Notes: generated from the letters alone by a model not told the origin. Shown: positions 44,897 to 54,717, counted from the first letter of the stretch. The stretch: DNA of 64,000 bases from Candidatus Hydrogenedentota bacterium (GCA_963668025.2 CAXXTH010000023.1:128001-192000); one strand, 5' to 3'. Program-made: numbers and translations.

Positions 44897-47806
44897 ATGC
44901 CAACAACGCCACGCCATCGCATCTTTGGTGGAATTTTGATTCCAAACGCCACGGTATTCACTTCGAGTTTATGCGTTCTAGTGGTGGAACTGGTGGCGGG
45001 GCGCTTGATCTCACGTTACCTCGGCCAGTCTCTATATACATGGACGACCATCATCGGCGTTATTCTGGGCGGCATCACCATCGGCAATTATCTCGGCGGG
45101 CGGTTAGCGGACCGCAGTTATTCCCGCCGGACCATTGGGAGTATTTTCTTTTTATCTGCCCTTAGCTGCCTGCTCGTGCTCGGGCTGAATGCGTTAGTAG
45201 GACGCTGGACATTTTTATGGGGCCTTCCTTGGCCTGCGCGCATCATATGCCATATTTCCTTGGTATTCCTGCTGCCTTCAGCCGTACTCGGCATGGTAAG
45301 CCCCGTCGTCACGCGGCGCGCTTTAGCTTTAGGCCTTGCCACGGGCCGCACGATGGGCAACATCTACGCCTGCGGCGCGGCGGGCGCTATTGTGGGCTCT
45401 TTCCTCACGGGGCTTTACCTGCAAACCGTACTAGGCGCTCAGGCTATTGTGGGGCTTTCCGCTGCGGGCCTCGCTATCACCGGAGCCTTATACATGGCAG
45501 GCTCATTCCTCGAAGAACGCCGCACAGCGGAACAACATGCGGAGAAAGCGGATTCACGGCCCTGGAGTTTTCGCGAGGCGTTATTCCCCGCGAGCACCGT
45601 TTTCCTCGTGAATGTGGGCATCATGGCGATCCAGCTTGCCGCTGGGCGCATCATGTCGCTCAGCTATGGCCAATCGCTCTACACCTGGACCTCGGTCATC
45701 GGCATTATCATCGCAGGCATTTCGCTGGGCAATTACATCGGCGGCATTCTTGCAGATCGCTACCGGGCGCGCCCGGCCATCGCCCTTCTATTGGTGCTTT
45801 CCTCTCTTTGCTGCGTATACATGCCCTGGCTGAATAATTGGATGAAAGACTGGATACCCTTGCTCTTCATCCCATACGCCGCCCAAGTGGCGATTCACGT
45901 AGGCATTATCTTCCTTCTCCCTTCCACTTTGCTGGGCGCGGTGAATCCGCTTGCGGCCAAGATGGCCCTTGAACAAGGCCATGCCGCCGGCCGGACGGTT
46001 GGAACCGTATATGCCTCCGGTTCGCTGGGAAGCATCGTAGGCACTTTCCTCACGGGCTTTTATCTCATCGCCGCCTGGGGCCGTATCGGCGTCATCGTAG
46101 GCGCTGCGGCGCTCCTGGCCGCCATGGCGCTGCTATATGCGCCCAAGCGCAGCTATGTCTATATTTGGGCTGCTGTATGCGGCATAATTGTTTTTCTCGC
46201 GATAGCGCCTTGGCCAGCGGCAGCCAAAGCAGGCGCTGCACTCGCCCTGCGCGAGCCTCAAACTCCAGGCGTTTTATTAAACCTCGAAAGCCAATACTCC
46301 TATATCCGTGTCAGCGCTGACCCAAAAAATCCGGACAAACGGGAAATGGTCCTGGATAAGCTTGTTCATAGCCAAGTCAATATCAAAACCCCTCAAGTTC
46401 TTGGCTATGAATATGAGTGGGTTTATGCGCAAATAATCAACCAATACCATAAACCGATAGATTCGCCCATTAACGCCCTGATTGTCGGCGGCGGCGGATA
46501 CACTTTTCCACATTACTTAGAAATAATGCGGCCAGGCAGCAAGGTGGTGGTAGCCGAGATCGATCCGGAAGTGACCGAAGCGGCTTTCAAGGCATTTGGC
46601 CTCCCGCGAGATACATCCATTGATATTTATAACATGGATGCCCGGAATTTGGTGGATGATTTCCTGCGAAAAAAAGAAGCTGGGGAAGACGTGCCGCAGT
46701 TCGATTTTATTTTGGGCGATGCGGTGAATGACTATAGCGTCCCATACCACATCACCACGCGCGAATATTTACAATCCATCGATAAACTGCTTGCGCCTGA
46801 TGGCATCTACATGCTTAATATGATCGACTCCCCCTTGTTCGCGCGTTTTCTTGGGGCGGCAATCAATACCTGCCGTAGCGTGTTTCCAAATGTATATGTA
46901 TTCAATACATTCCCAGACAGAGTGCGTGATACATTCATCCTCGTATGTGCTAAAAGGCCTTTAGATCTGGAGCAAATTCCCAATAATATTTCGATGCATC
47001 ATAAGTATAATGGCGGCAAGCTAAGCGCATCAAAGGTTGATATGCTCGCACGCAAAGCAGGCGGAGTTATTCTCACCGATGATTTCGCCCCCGTGGACAA
47101 TATGTTAGCTGATGTTGTTTCCACCTCGGCCCGCGTAAACGCGGCTGAAACGCAAGTGCGCCGCATTGAATCCTTATTGGCCCAGAAGCAATATGACACC
47201 GCCGTGTCGAAAGCGCGGGATTTGGCGAAACGCTTCCCCAACTGGCCGCTCGTACAAGCAGCGTTTGGCAGCGCATTACTCGAATCCGGCGCGTATGAAG
47301 AAGCCATTGGCGCATTTAAAATGGCCATTCAGGCGGACCCTGCCTCCTTCGTATCTTATGAAGCCCTTGGCAACACCTATAAACAACTCGGCCGCTTCAA
47401 CGAAGCAATGGAAGCTTGGAACAAGGCTATCCAGCTCGCGCCTAAATATCCAAATTCCTACGTGAATTTGGCTGCATGCCAGGCGGAAATGGGTGAATTG
47501 GACGCCGCCATCCAAACGCTCAACACCTGCGTGGCCATGGCGCCGAACACGGCAAATGCGCATAACAACCTTGGGGCTTACCTCTTTGAAAAGAGCGACT
47601 TCGACGGCGCGCGGGCACACTTGGAGCATGCAGCCGCCCTCGCGCCCGCCGATGGGGAAATCGCGGGCCACTTAGCTCCTGTTTACTGGAAATTAAAAGA
47701 CTTTGAGCGTGCATGGCAGCAGGTAAAGAAAGCCCGCTCCTTGGGATTCGAACCTAGCCCAGAGTTCATCAAAGAACTTCAACGAGATTCCGGACGAAAC
47801 GAGTGA
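44897..47806 (+). CDS. Fused membrane (MFS-like) / spermidine synthase-like SAM-dependent domain with C-terminal TPRs
   Basis: Duplicated TM block (GQSLYTWT..IG....GI..GNY.GG.LADR twice); LIVGGGGYT, AEIDPEV, DAR, FDFILGDA and LTDDFAPV; TPR repeats. Confidence 0.9.
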   Translation: MPTTPRHRIFGGILIPNATVFTSSLCVLVVELVAGRLISRYLGQSLYTWTTIIGVILGGITIGNYLGGRLADRSYSRRTIGSIFFLSALSCLLVLGLNALVGRWTFLWGLPWPARIICHISLVFLLPSAVLGMVSPVVTRRALALGLATGRTMGNIYACGAAGAIVGSFLTGLYLQTVLGAQAIVGLSAAGLAITGALYMAGSFLEERRTAEQHAEKADSRPWSFREALFPASTVFLVNVGIMAIQLAAGRIMSLSYGQSLYTWTSVIGIIIAGISLGNYIGGILADRYRARPAIALLLVLSSLCCVYMPWLNNWMKDWIPLLFIPYAAQVAIHVGIIFLLPSTLLGAVNPLAAKMALEQGHAAGRTVGTVYASGSLGSIVGTFLTGFYLIAAWGRIGVIVGAAALLAAMALLYAPKRSYVYIWAAVCGIIVFLAIAPWPAAAKAGAALALREPQTPGVLLNLESQYSYIRVSADPKNPDKREMVLDKLVHSQVNIKTPQVLGYEYEWVYAQIINQYHKPIDSPINALIVGGGGYTFPHYLEIMRPGSKVVVAEIDPEVTEAAFKAFGLPRDTSIDIYNMDARNLVDDFLRKKEAGEDVPQFDFILGDAVNDYSVPYHITTREYLQSIDKLLAPDGIYMLNMIDSPLFARFLGAAINTCRSVFPNVYVFNTFPDRVRDTFILVCAKRPLDLEQIPNNISMHHKYNGGKLSASKVDMLARKAGGVILTDDFAPVDNMLADVVSTSARVNAAETQVRRIESLLAQKQYDTAVSKARDLAKRFPNWPLVQAAFGSALLESGAYEEAIGAFKMAIQADPASFVSYEALGNTYKQLGRFNEAMEAWNKAIQLAPKYPNSYVNLAACQAEMGELDAAIQTLNTCVAMAPNTANAHNNLGAYLFEKSDFDGARAHLEHAAALAPADGEIAGHLAPVYWKLKDFERAWQQVKKARSLGFEPSPEFIKELQRDSGRNE

Positions 47807-47832
47807 TCGCTGCGAATGCGCAGGTAATCTAG

Positions 47833-47867
47833 CGTGGCATGGGCGTAACACCCATGCCACGTTTTTT
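47833..47867 (+). terminator. REP-like hairpin plus T6 (intrinsic terminator; intron target site)
   Basis: CGTGGCATGGG...CCCATGCCACG followed by TTTTTT, directly before the intron 5' end. Confidence 0.85.
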
Positions 47868-49761
47868 GTGTGCCAAGCATGGCGCGGATCTAAGGGGTGT
47901 AAGTCCCCTGCAAGCCCTGATGGTGGGAATTGCTAGCCAAGAGCAAGGGCGTCGCCGCGAGGCGGGGTCTGGAGGAAGCAGGAGGCAAAAGTCGGACTCG
48001 ACGCACAGAAACCGGATAGAAGGCCGGGGTGGCGGGGCAAGCCAGCAATGGATGGCGACGCCCAATAACCATTCGGACACACACCTTGGTAAATCCGGCG
48101 AGGCCCGGCGGAAAGAGGCGCGTCTTACCTTGGGAGACCTGTTCATCTGTCTGGAAGAGCCAGACTAGCGGGATGGCAACATGTCGCGAGGGGTGGGCAG
48201 GAGTCAGCCGAGGCCATAATACCCGCAAGGGGAAGGGCCGAATCGATCATTCAAGGAGCAGCATTGAACGTCTCGTGGGATAGGGAGCGGCAGGAAGTAG
48301 CAGGTTGCCAGATGGAGTTCCCACTGGAGTCGGCTTGCCACGGCGCAATCGGAGAAGGCGGAACCGAATCGGATGCGTTCGAGGCGCGGCAACTATCCCC
48401 GGCGGCGAACAAGAGGCGAGCCTTGACGCAAGACTTGATGGAACGGGTCGCGAGTCTTGCGAACCTGACGGAAGCGGTACGCCGGGTGCAACGGAACAAA
48501 GGCGCGGCGGGTGCGGACGTCATGAGCGTACGCGACCTGAAGCGTTGGTTTCCGGAACACTGGCGGGGACTGCAAGAGGAACTGACGGCAGGGCGCTACC
48601 GTCCCCAACCGGTGTTGGGAGTGCAAATCCCCAAGCCGGGCGGGGGGATGCGGCAACTGGGCATTCCGACGGTGGTGGACCGAGTCGTGCAACAAGCGCT
48701 CTTGCAGGCTCTCGAACCGCTTCTAGACCCGGCCTTCTCGGAAAGCAGTTATGGATTTCGTCCAAGGCACAATGCACATCAGGCGCTGCGGCAAGCCAGC
48801 ACGTACGTAAGCGAAGGCCGCTGCATTGTTGTGGACATGGACCTGGAAAAATTCTTCGACCGGGTCAACCACGACATCCTGATGGCGCGCGTGGCGCGGC
48901 ACGTGTCAGACAAACGCGTACTCCGACTCATCCGCTGGTTTCTTGAAGTCGGCATGATGCAGAACGGCGTATGCATCGAACGATACGAAGGGACCCCGCA
49001 AGGCGGTCCTCTATCGCCGCTGCTGGCCAACCTGCTCTTGGACGACCTGGACAAGGAGTTGGAGAAACGAGGGCATCGTTTTTGCCGCTATGCGGACGAC
49101 TGCAACATTTACGTGCAGACGATACGCGCGGGAGAACGTGTCCTGACATCGGTCACGCAGTTCCTTGAGGGGAAACTGAAACTACGGGTGAACCGCGAGA
49201 AGAGCGCGGTGGCGTTCGTGGGAGAGCGGAAATTTTTGGGTTATCGCTTGCTGGGTGGGGGGCGATTGGGCATCGCGCCCAAGAGCCTCGACCGGGCGAA
49301 AGACCGCATCCGCGACATCACGCGACGCAACCGCGGCGACGCCAAAGTGCGCCAGATGATTGAGGAGCTCAACAGCTTCCTGAGCGGCTGGATAACCTAC
49401 TATCGGTTTGCCGAAGCAAAGGGCCATCTGGAACGCCTCGGGGAATGGATGCGGCGCAAACTGCGCTGCGTCATCCTCAAACGCCTCAAGCGCACGAAAA
49501 CCATAGCGGACTTCCTTAGAAAACTAGGCGTGCCGCAATTTCAGGCGTGGATACTCGCAGGGTCCGGGAAGGGCTGGTGGCGCAAAGCGGGGAGTCCTCC
49601 CGCGCAACACGCCATGGACAAACAATGGTTCGCGAAACAAAAACTGATAGACCCGGTTCAACGGTACGAAACGTTCAAAAATGACCGAAACCGCCGTGGT
49701 ACCGAGCAGGTATGCCCGGTGGTGTGAGAGGGGGGGACCGTGAGGAACCCCCCTACTCGAT
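47868..49761 (+). mobile_element. Group II intron, class IIC-type
   Basis: 5' GTGTG directly after a terminator hairpin; domain V with CGC triad near 49690-49725; domain VI GGGGG...CCCCC ending CTACTCGAT; encloses an RT ORF. Confidence 0.92.
48423..49727 (+). CDS. ltrA: Group II intron reverse transcriptase/maturase (no endonuclease domain)
   Basis: NKGAAG.D, IPKPGGG.R.LGIPTV.DR, SYGFRP, DLEKFFD, GTPQGGPLSP, RYADD, domain X GW..YY; ORF open from 48264, probable start 48423 or 48438. Confidence 0.95.
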   Translation: MTQDLMERVASLANLTEAVRRVQRNKGAAGADVMSVRDLKRWFPEHWRGLQEELTAGRYRPQPVLGVQIPKPGGGMRQLGIPTVVDRVVQQALLQALEPLLDPAFSESSYGFRPRHNAHQALRQASTYVSEGRCIVVDMDLEKFFDRVNHDILMARVARHVSDKRVLRLIRWFLEVGMMQNGVCIERYEGTPQGGPLSPLLANLLLDDLDKELEKRGHRFCRYADDCNIYVQTIRAGERVLTSVTQFLEGKLKLRVNREKSAVAFVGERKFLGYRLLGGGRLGIAPKSLDRAKDRIRDITRRNRGDAKVRQMIEELNSFLSGWITYYRFAEAKGHLERLGEWMRRKLRCVILKRLKRTKTIADFLRKLGVPQFQAWILAGSGKGWWRKAGSPPAQHAMDKQWFAKQKLIDPVQRYETFKNDRNRRGTEQVCPVV

Positions 49762-49763
49762 TA

Positions 49764-50804
49764 TCATGTAAAATACTGCCCTATGCTTTGTACATACGGG
49801 GGCCGCAAGATGCCGTTCTCCGTGATAATGCCCGCGATCAGCTCCGCTGGGGTGACATCGAACGCGGGGCTGTACACGGCGACGCCATCCGGCGCTGTTT
49901 GCTTGCCGAAACCGTGGGTGACTTCCTCCGCGCCGCGCAATTCGATGGGAATGCCATCGCCACTGGGCAATTGCGGATCGAACGTCGAGAGCGGCGCGGC
50001 GATATAAAAAGGAATGCCATGGGCCTTGGCGATCACAGCGACATTGTAGGTGCCGATCTTGTTGGCGGTGTCTCCATTGGCGGCAATCCGGTCCGCACCC
50101 GTCACTACAAGTTGGATACGCCCTTCCCGCATGACCTGCGCCGCCGTATTGTCGCAAATCAGCGTCACGTCAATGCCCGCCTGCATTAATTCCCACGCCG
50201 TCAGCCGCGCGCCTTGGAGCAAGGGTCGGGTCTCGTCCGCGAACACCTTAAACTTCGCGCCAAGTTCATGCGCGCGAAACATCACGGCGAGCGCCGTGCC
50301 ATAAGCCGAAGTGGCCAGCGCGCCCGCATTGCAGTGTGTCAATACGCCATATCCATCCTGGATGAGCGCCGCGCCGTGATCGCCGATGGCCTTGCAACGC
50401 CGGGTGTCCTCTTCACATATCTCGATGGCTTCCGCCTCGAGGCGTTTCAGGAGCGCCGCCGTATTTTCGGATTCATTCACCACGCATGCCTGTTTCATAC
50501 GTTCAAGCGCCCAAAACAGATTGACCGCCGTAGGACGCGACGTGGCCAGATAATCCGCCGCTTGGCCCACGGTTTTCACTACTTCTTCCTGGCTTGCATA
50601 TCCAGACTGCTCACGGAGCGCCACCAGCACTCCGAACGCCGCGCATACACCAATAGCAGGAGCGCCGCGCACCTGCAATGTCTTGATGGCATGCCACACA
50701 GCTTCCTTCGTACGCAATGGGATCAAGCGATACTCCGTGGGAAGCAAAGTCTGCTCGATAATCCAAAGCCCATCTTCTTTCCACAACACCGGTTGGACTG
50801 TCAC
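49764..50804 (-). CDS. mtnA: S-methyl-5-thioribose-1-phosphate isomerase
   Basis: VRGAPAIG, RPTAVNL, LTHCNAG.LAT..YGTA, ETRPLLQGARLT and GADRIAANGDTANKIGTY motifs; GTG start with GGAGG RBS. Confidence 0.96.
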   Translation of the reverse strand: MTVQPVLWKEDGLWIIEQTLLPTEYRLIPLRTKEAVWHAIKTLQVRGAPAIGVCAAFGVLVALREQSGYASQEEVVKTVGQAADYLATSRPTAVNLFWALERMKQACVVNESENTAALLKRLEAEAIEICEEDTRRCKAIGDHGAALIQDGYGVLTHCNAGALATSAYGTALAVMFRAHELGAKFKVFADETRPLLQGARLTAWELMQAGIDVTLICDNTAAQVMREGRIQLVVTGADRIAANGDTANKIGTYNVAVIAKAHGIPFYIAAPLSTFDPQLPSGDGIPIELRGAEEVTHGFGKQTAPDGVAVYSPAFDVTPAELIAGIITENGILRPPYVQSIGQYFT

Positions 50805-50893
50805 GTGTATTCCTCCAGGTAAACGCCGCAAAAACACATGCTACCTTTACCAGCGAATAAATGGCAAGAAGTGGGTTGCAGGGCAGTACACTG

Positions 50894-50957
50894 GCCACGA
50901 AAGACACAAGAAACGCAAAAAAGAACTCTTCTTGTGCGTTCTTGAGCCTTTTGTGGC
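50894..50957. repeat. Imperfect inverted repeat with 9-bp periodic arms (GCCAC-type)
   Basis: Left GCCAC-GAAAGACAC-AAGAAACGC-AAAA; right reverse complement GCCAC-AAAAGGCTC-AAGAACGCAC-AAGAA. Confidence 0.75.
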
Positions 50958-51066
50958 GCAACTGAATTGTTTTCCTAGCTGGCCCATTGGCGGATTATCG
51001 CGCCGCCATTCCCGTGTTACTCTGAATGAGCTTCCGCTTCTTCACGCGCCAACACGGAGAACAACC

Positions 51067-51405
51067 ATGCAGATCATGCTCAAGCTGCTTGCTGCGGGAT
51101 TAGCCATGGTGATACTGGCGGGCTGCGCTTCCAGCCGCTTGACGCCGCCCCAGGTCTTTTCGGAGCAATGGTCCACGCAAAAACAGCGGGATTCATCCCC
51201 CAAACGCAAACCGGTCGTGCTGGTCGGCGAAGAAAATAACCCGGCGGTCATGGTGTTCGAGGACGAATCAGGGCGTACACGCATGGGGCTCGGCGGCGAG
51301 AAAATCAGCGCGGGCGTAGGCAATAAGCAAGTGGATATTCGCTATCAAATCCCTTTGGGCGAAACTCCCAAGCGATTGCCGGGAGCAGCGCCTACACCCG
51401 AATAA
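51067..51405 (+). CDS. Small hypothetical lipoprotein
   Basis: GGAG RBS; signal with LAGC lipobox. Confidence 0.72.
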   Translation: MQIMLKLLAAGLAMVILAGCASSRLTPPQVFSEQWSTQKQRDSSPKRKPVVLVGEENNPAVMVFEDESGRTRMGLGGEKISAGVGNKQVDIRYQIPLGETPKRLPGAAPTPE

Positions 51406-51408
51406 CGC

Positions 51409-51900
51409 TCACTTCCTGTTTCGCCTGAGAGCTACATCCTCGATAGAAATGCGCAAATCTTGAATGAGCCGCGCCTGATCGGGCATGTAATCCGTCGCTG
51501 GAGCCGGAGGATGCGCGCATAGCGCATCGAGTTCATCCACATCCATCACCATGCGCCCCCAGCCGCGCCGTTCGACCATTTCCGCCAAATCGAGCTGATG
51601 GTCGTTCATGTGTTCCTTATACCGGCGAAGCCGTGGAACCACGATAAAGGGCTTCCGGGCATCGAGGGCGTCGCGTACGCACCCAATGCCCGCATGGCAT
51701 ACAATCACCCGCGCTTCCCGCTGGATGGCCAGCACCTCTTCATGCGGCTTAAATGCAAAGGACTCCGCCTGCGTGGGCAAGACGGCGTCCAAGCCAGTCT
51801 GGATCACCACGCGCTCTCCCGTGGCGGCCGCGATGGCATCCATCTTCATAACGAGCCGCGGGAATCCCATGTACATGGTGCCTATGGTCACATAGATCAT
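51409..51900 (-). CDS. Glycosyltransferase family 28 C-terminal domain protein (PssE/Cps14G/Alg13-like)
   Basis: MIYVTIGT...F.RLV, IQTG, HAGIG and VVPR....EH.NDHQ motifs. Confidence 0.88.
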   Translation of the reverse strand: MIYVTIGTMYMGFPRLVMKMDAIAAATGERVVIQTGLDAVLPTQAESFAFKPHEEVLAIQREARVIVCHAGIGCVRDALDARKPFIVVPRLRRYKEHMNDHQLDLAEMVERRGWGRMVMDVDELDALCAHPPAPATDYMPDQARLIQDLRISIEDVALRRNRK

Positions 51901-54389
51901 GGCGCGAGAGGCCGCTCCAGGAGATCCGTTTCCACGAGCGTTTTCTCCGCCAAATCGAGCAAGAACGTCTTTACTTCGAATCCGCCCAACGTGATCTCCC
52001 GCTCAACGCCAATAGCTGGAATCGACAACACCGTCGAGCGCGGCGCGCCCGTGGGTTCGAACAGGCGGACCACATATTGGCGTTCATTGCGCTCAGCTTG
52101 TTTGAATGCCGCTAACTGCACAACACCTCCGCTGAGCAAGATCCCCGCCTCGGGGCGTTTCCCCAATCCCGAGGGATAGAATGACAAAATAAATGGTTTC
52201 TCGTTATGAGCCAGGGCTTCCCGGTCGATGGCTTCAAGCCGCTCCGAGACAGGCCCACCCTGGAGCCAGAACCGGAACACCCGCTCCCCCTGGTCGATAC
52301 GGGGCGTGTAGCGGTCCTGGGCGGTAATGGGCCGCTCGCCAATGGGATGGCCTGAATAGGCCGGGGCGCGCAACAAGGTCAGGCGGATCTCGCGGTCCAC
52401 ATAATCGGAACCATATGACCCATCATTGATACACGTGAGGGCATGCCCCATGGCTTTGGATACCGCGCCCACCCATTTTTGCGCCACGACTTCTCGGTCC
52501 ACATGCGACAATACATCCCGGCCAAAGGCCACCTGGCCCATATACTGCGTATCAGGCCACGGAACGGGGATGGCGAGTTTCAACATCCTGTTCTTTTCAT
52601 TCCAATGCACCCGCACATGAATCTCGATCTCCGCGCCTTGTTTCGGAAGCTTATACGTCAAGACCAGGGCGGAATCGCCATATCCCAGCACGGACTCGAC
52701 CACCGTGCGCGCTGGGCCGTCCTCGATAATGCGCACGGAAGGAATCGGCGCGCCAGACAGCCCCGAAAGGCGCGTGGCCTTTTCGGGCTCCATCAAGGCG
52801 AACGCCCCCACGGTGTCGCGGTATCGATGCTCCTTGGCCGTCATACCCCACGGATCTTCGTCATCCTGCATGACTCGAGGCAGGAATGCGCCTGGCCGGA
52901 CCAGTTCGATGCCATGGACGGCATATCGGTCGAGCAGCCCCGTCTGGCAATTGATTACCGCTTCATAATCCGGCGTCATGATGATGATGCGGTTGCCTTC
53001 GGGTTCGATGGCGGGCATGGGGCGTTCCGGCAATATCGTCTCATAGGTGCATTCGAAGCGCGTGATGGCGCTCGGGGCCAAATCCGCTTGAACTACGGCA
53101 TGCTTGCGCCAATCCAAAGGCATGCTGCATGCCGTCTGCTCCATCTGGAAAGGAATCGGATTCCCGTCTTGCACCACCACGGGCATCGTGAATTGTTCTT
53201 CGAACCGGGGCGAAGGCAGATTAAATTCGCACTCGAACACACCGGAGACGGGGAATGGATGGGGATTATACGCGAACATGACAATGCGCCCGTCCTCCGC
53301 CCGGGGCTGACCGGAGGCCAAGGCGAAGAAAGCTTGCGCTTTAATGCGCGCCAGGATCTCGAGGCCATGGTCCATGAGGCGCAGCGCCGCCTCCTCACAG
53401 GCCTGGATGGACGAACCGGGCAATATGTCGTGGAATTCACACACCATGAGGTCGCACACAGCCTGGCGGATATCCGTTTTCGGGTACTCCATCAGCCCCT
53501 GCATGGCCGCTGCGGCGGCCATTTTTTCGACCATATACAGCTCATTTTCGAGCAGGCGATGCTTTTGTTTTAAGCGGACCTGTGAGGTGTAGCATCCCAC
53601 GGCCCAAGGATTTATGTCACTTTCATGGCGCGCCAGCTCCTTGCCCGAGGCGCTTAGTTCCGCGAAATAAGCTTCCGGAGTCGAATGGACGATAACTGGC
53701 GATTCCGAACTTGCGCTCAATTCCGCCAGAGCGTGCAAGTCCTTCCGGGATGGCCCGCCGCCGTGATCACCCACCCCCCAGGGGCATAAGGCGATATCGC
53801 GCCCTCCAACCATTTGGATGAACTTTTCCACCTTTGCGCGCGCCTGGCCCAATAATGAACAGTAATCGGTGAGCAGGCGATGGCCCATAATCTCCGAGCC
53901 GTCGTAGCCCACCCAAATAAAATCCGCATCCGGAAGCGAACAACTTCCCCGCATGAAAAGGTAGGAGTCATATCCCGATTTCTTGAGGATTTGAGCAAGG
54001 CCGCGCGTATGGCCAAACGAATCGAAATTGATGGCGGTAGTGGGCTCGACGCCGAATTTCTCCATGAAATACAGCTTGCCCGTCAACGCCTGCCGCACAA
54101 AGGATTCCCCGCTGGGCATATTGCAGTCTGGCTGGAGATACCACCCTCCGATGATATGCCATTTGCCTTCCCGCACCAGCCGTTGTATGCGCGCGAATAG
54201 CTCAGGCTCATATTGCTCCACCCACTTGTAGAGAATCACTTCATTGTGATTGAAGATAAAGCCGTCGAACTCTTCACACAGATCCGCGGCCGTGCGGAAC
54301 GTGGAAATAGCCTCTGCGGCGCCCTCTTCCCATTCCCACAGCCAATAGGGATCCAAGTGGGCGTTGCACAATAAATGCAGCTTAGGCAT
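51897..54389 (-). CDS. Alpha-mannosidase (GH38)
   Basis: NAHLDPYWLW, GGWYLQPDCNMPSGES..RQ...G, DSFGH, GVGDHGGGP and EFHDILPGS motifs. Confidence 0.93.
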   Translation of the reverse strand: MPKLHLLCNAHLDPYWLWEWEEGAAEAISTFRTAADLCEEFDGFIFNHNEVILYKWVEQYEPELFARIQRLVREGKWHIIGGWYLQPDCNMPSGESFVRQALTGKLYFMEKFGVEPTTAINFDSFGHTRGLAQILKKSGYDSYLFMRGSCSLPDADFIWVGYDGSEIMGHRLLTDYCSLLGQARAKVEKFIQMVGGRDIALCPWGVGDHGGGPSRKDLHALAELSASSESPVIVHSTPEAYFAELSASGKELARHESDINPWAVGCYTSQVRLKQKHRLLENELYMVEKMAAAAAMQGLMEYPKTDIRQAVCDLMVCEFHDILPGSSIQACEEAALRLMDHGLEILARIKAQAFFALASGQPRAEDGRIVMFAYNPHPFPVSGVFECEFNLPSPRFEEQFTMPVVVQDGNPIPFQMEQTACSMPLDWRKHAVVQADLAPSAITRFECTYETILPERPMPAIEPEGNRIIIMTPDYEAVINCQTGLLDRYAVHGIELVRPGAFLPRVMQDDEDPWGMTAKEHRYRDTVGAFALMEPEKATRLSGLSGAPIPSVRIIEDGPARTVVESVLGYGDSALVLTYKLPKQGAEIEIHVRVHWNEKNRMLKLAIPVPWPDTQYMGQVAFGRDVLSHVDREVVAQKWVGAVSKAMGHALTCINDGSYGSDYVDREIRLTLLRAPAYSGHPIGERPITAQDRYTPRIDQGERVFRFWLQGGPVSERLEAIDREALAHNEKPFILSFYPSGLGKRPEAGILLSGGVVQLAAFKQAERNERQYVVRLFEPTGAPRSTVLSIPAIGVEREITLGGFEVKTFLLDLAEKTLVETDLLERPLAP

Positions 54390-54591
54390 AGCTTGACTCC
54401 CATGTGCGTTTGTTCTCAAACAAGCAACAAACCATATGCCTCCTATCGAATCTCTATCGTACTTGAAACAGCGGGAAAATGGAATGAACAGGCCTGTCAA
54501 ACCGCACGAAAAAACGCCGGATTTCCGCTGTCGCGGCAAGCGTAAATAATCCCGCAAAAAGGGGTAACAACATGCATAGTACATGAATTCC

Positions 54592-54620
54592 TTGACAAGA
54601 CAAGACAGGCTTGTTAGATT
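54592..54620 (+). promoter_or_regulatory. Sigma70-type promoter
   Basis: TTGACA-17 bp-TAGATT upstream of the kinase pair. Confidence 0.65.
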
Positions 54621-54717
54621 CATGCTTGGAGTGTAGGGGTTTTTACGCAACAGGCTTTGGAGCAGAAAAGGAACCCTTTGAACACGAGGATTCCAGATCC
54701 AGTGATCGGCACGGTCT

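Noticed and set aside
47742-47760. GGGATTCGAACC resembling a reverse-strand tRNA T-arm
   Set aside because: It lies within coding sequence (LGFEPS) and no cloverleaf can be built around it.
48264-49727. Reverse transcriptase as part of a DGR, retron or defence RT system
   Set aside because: It has group II intron RT motifs and domain X and is enclosed by intron 5' GTGTG and domain V/VI structures; no template/variable repeat pair or msr-msd region was seen.
50683-51066. Long N-terminal extension of the 240-aa ORF
   Set aside because: It overlaps mtnA on the opposite strand and a repeat; the lipoprotein signal and RBS indicate a start at 51067.
54390-54650. N-terminal extension of the GH38 ORF
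   Set aside because: GH38 motifs start at MPKLHLLCNAH (54389) with a GGGAG RBS; the extension covers the divergent promoter region.
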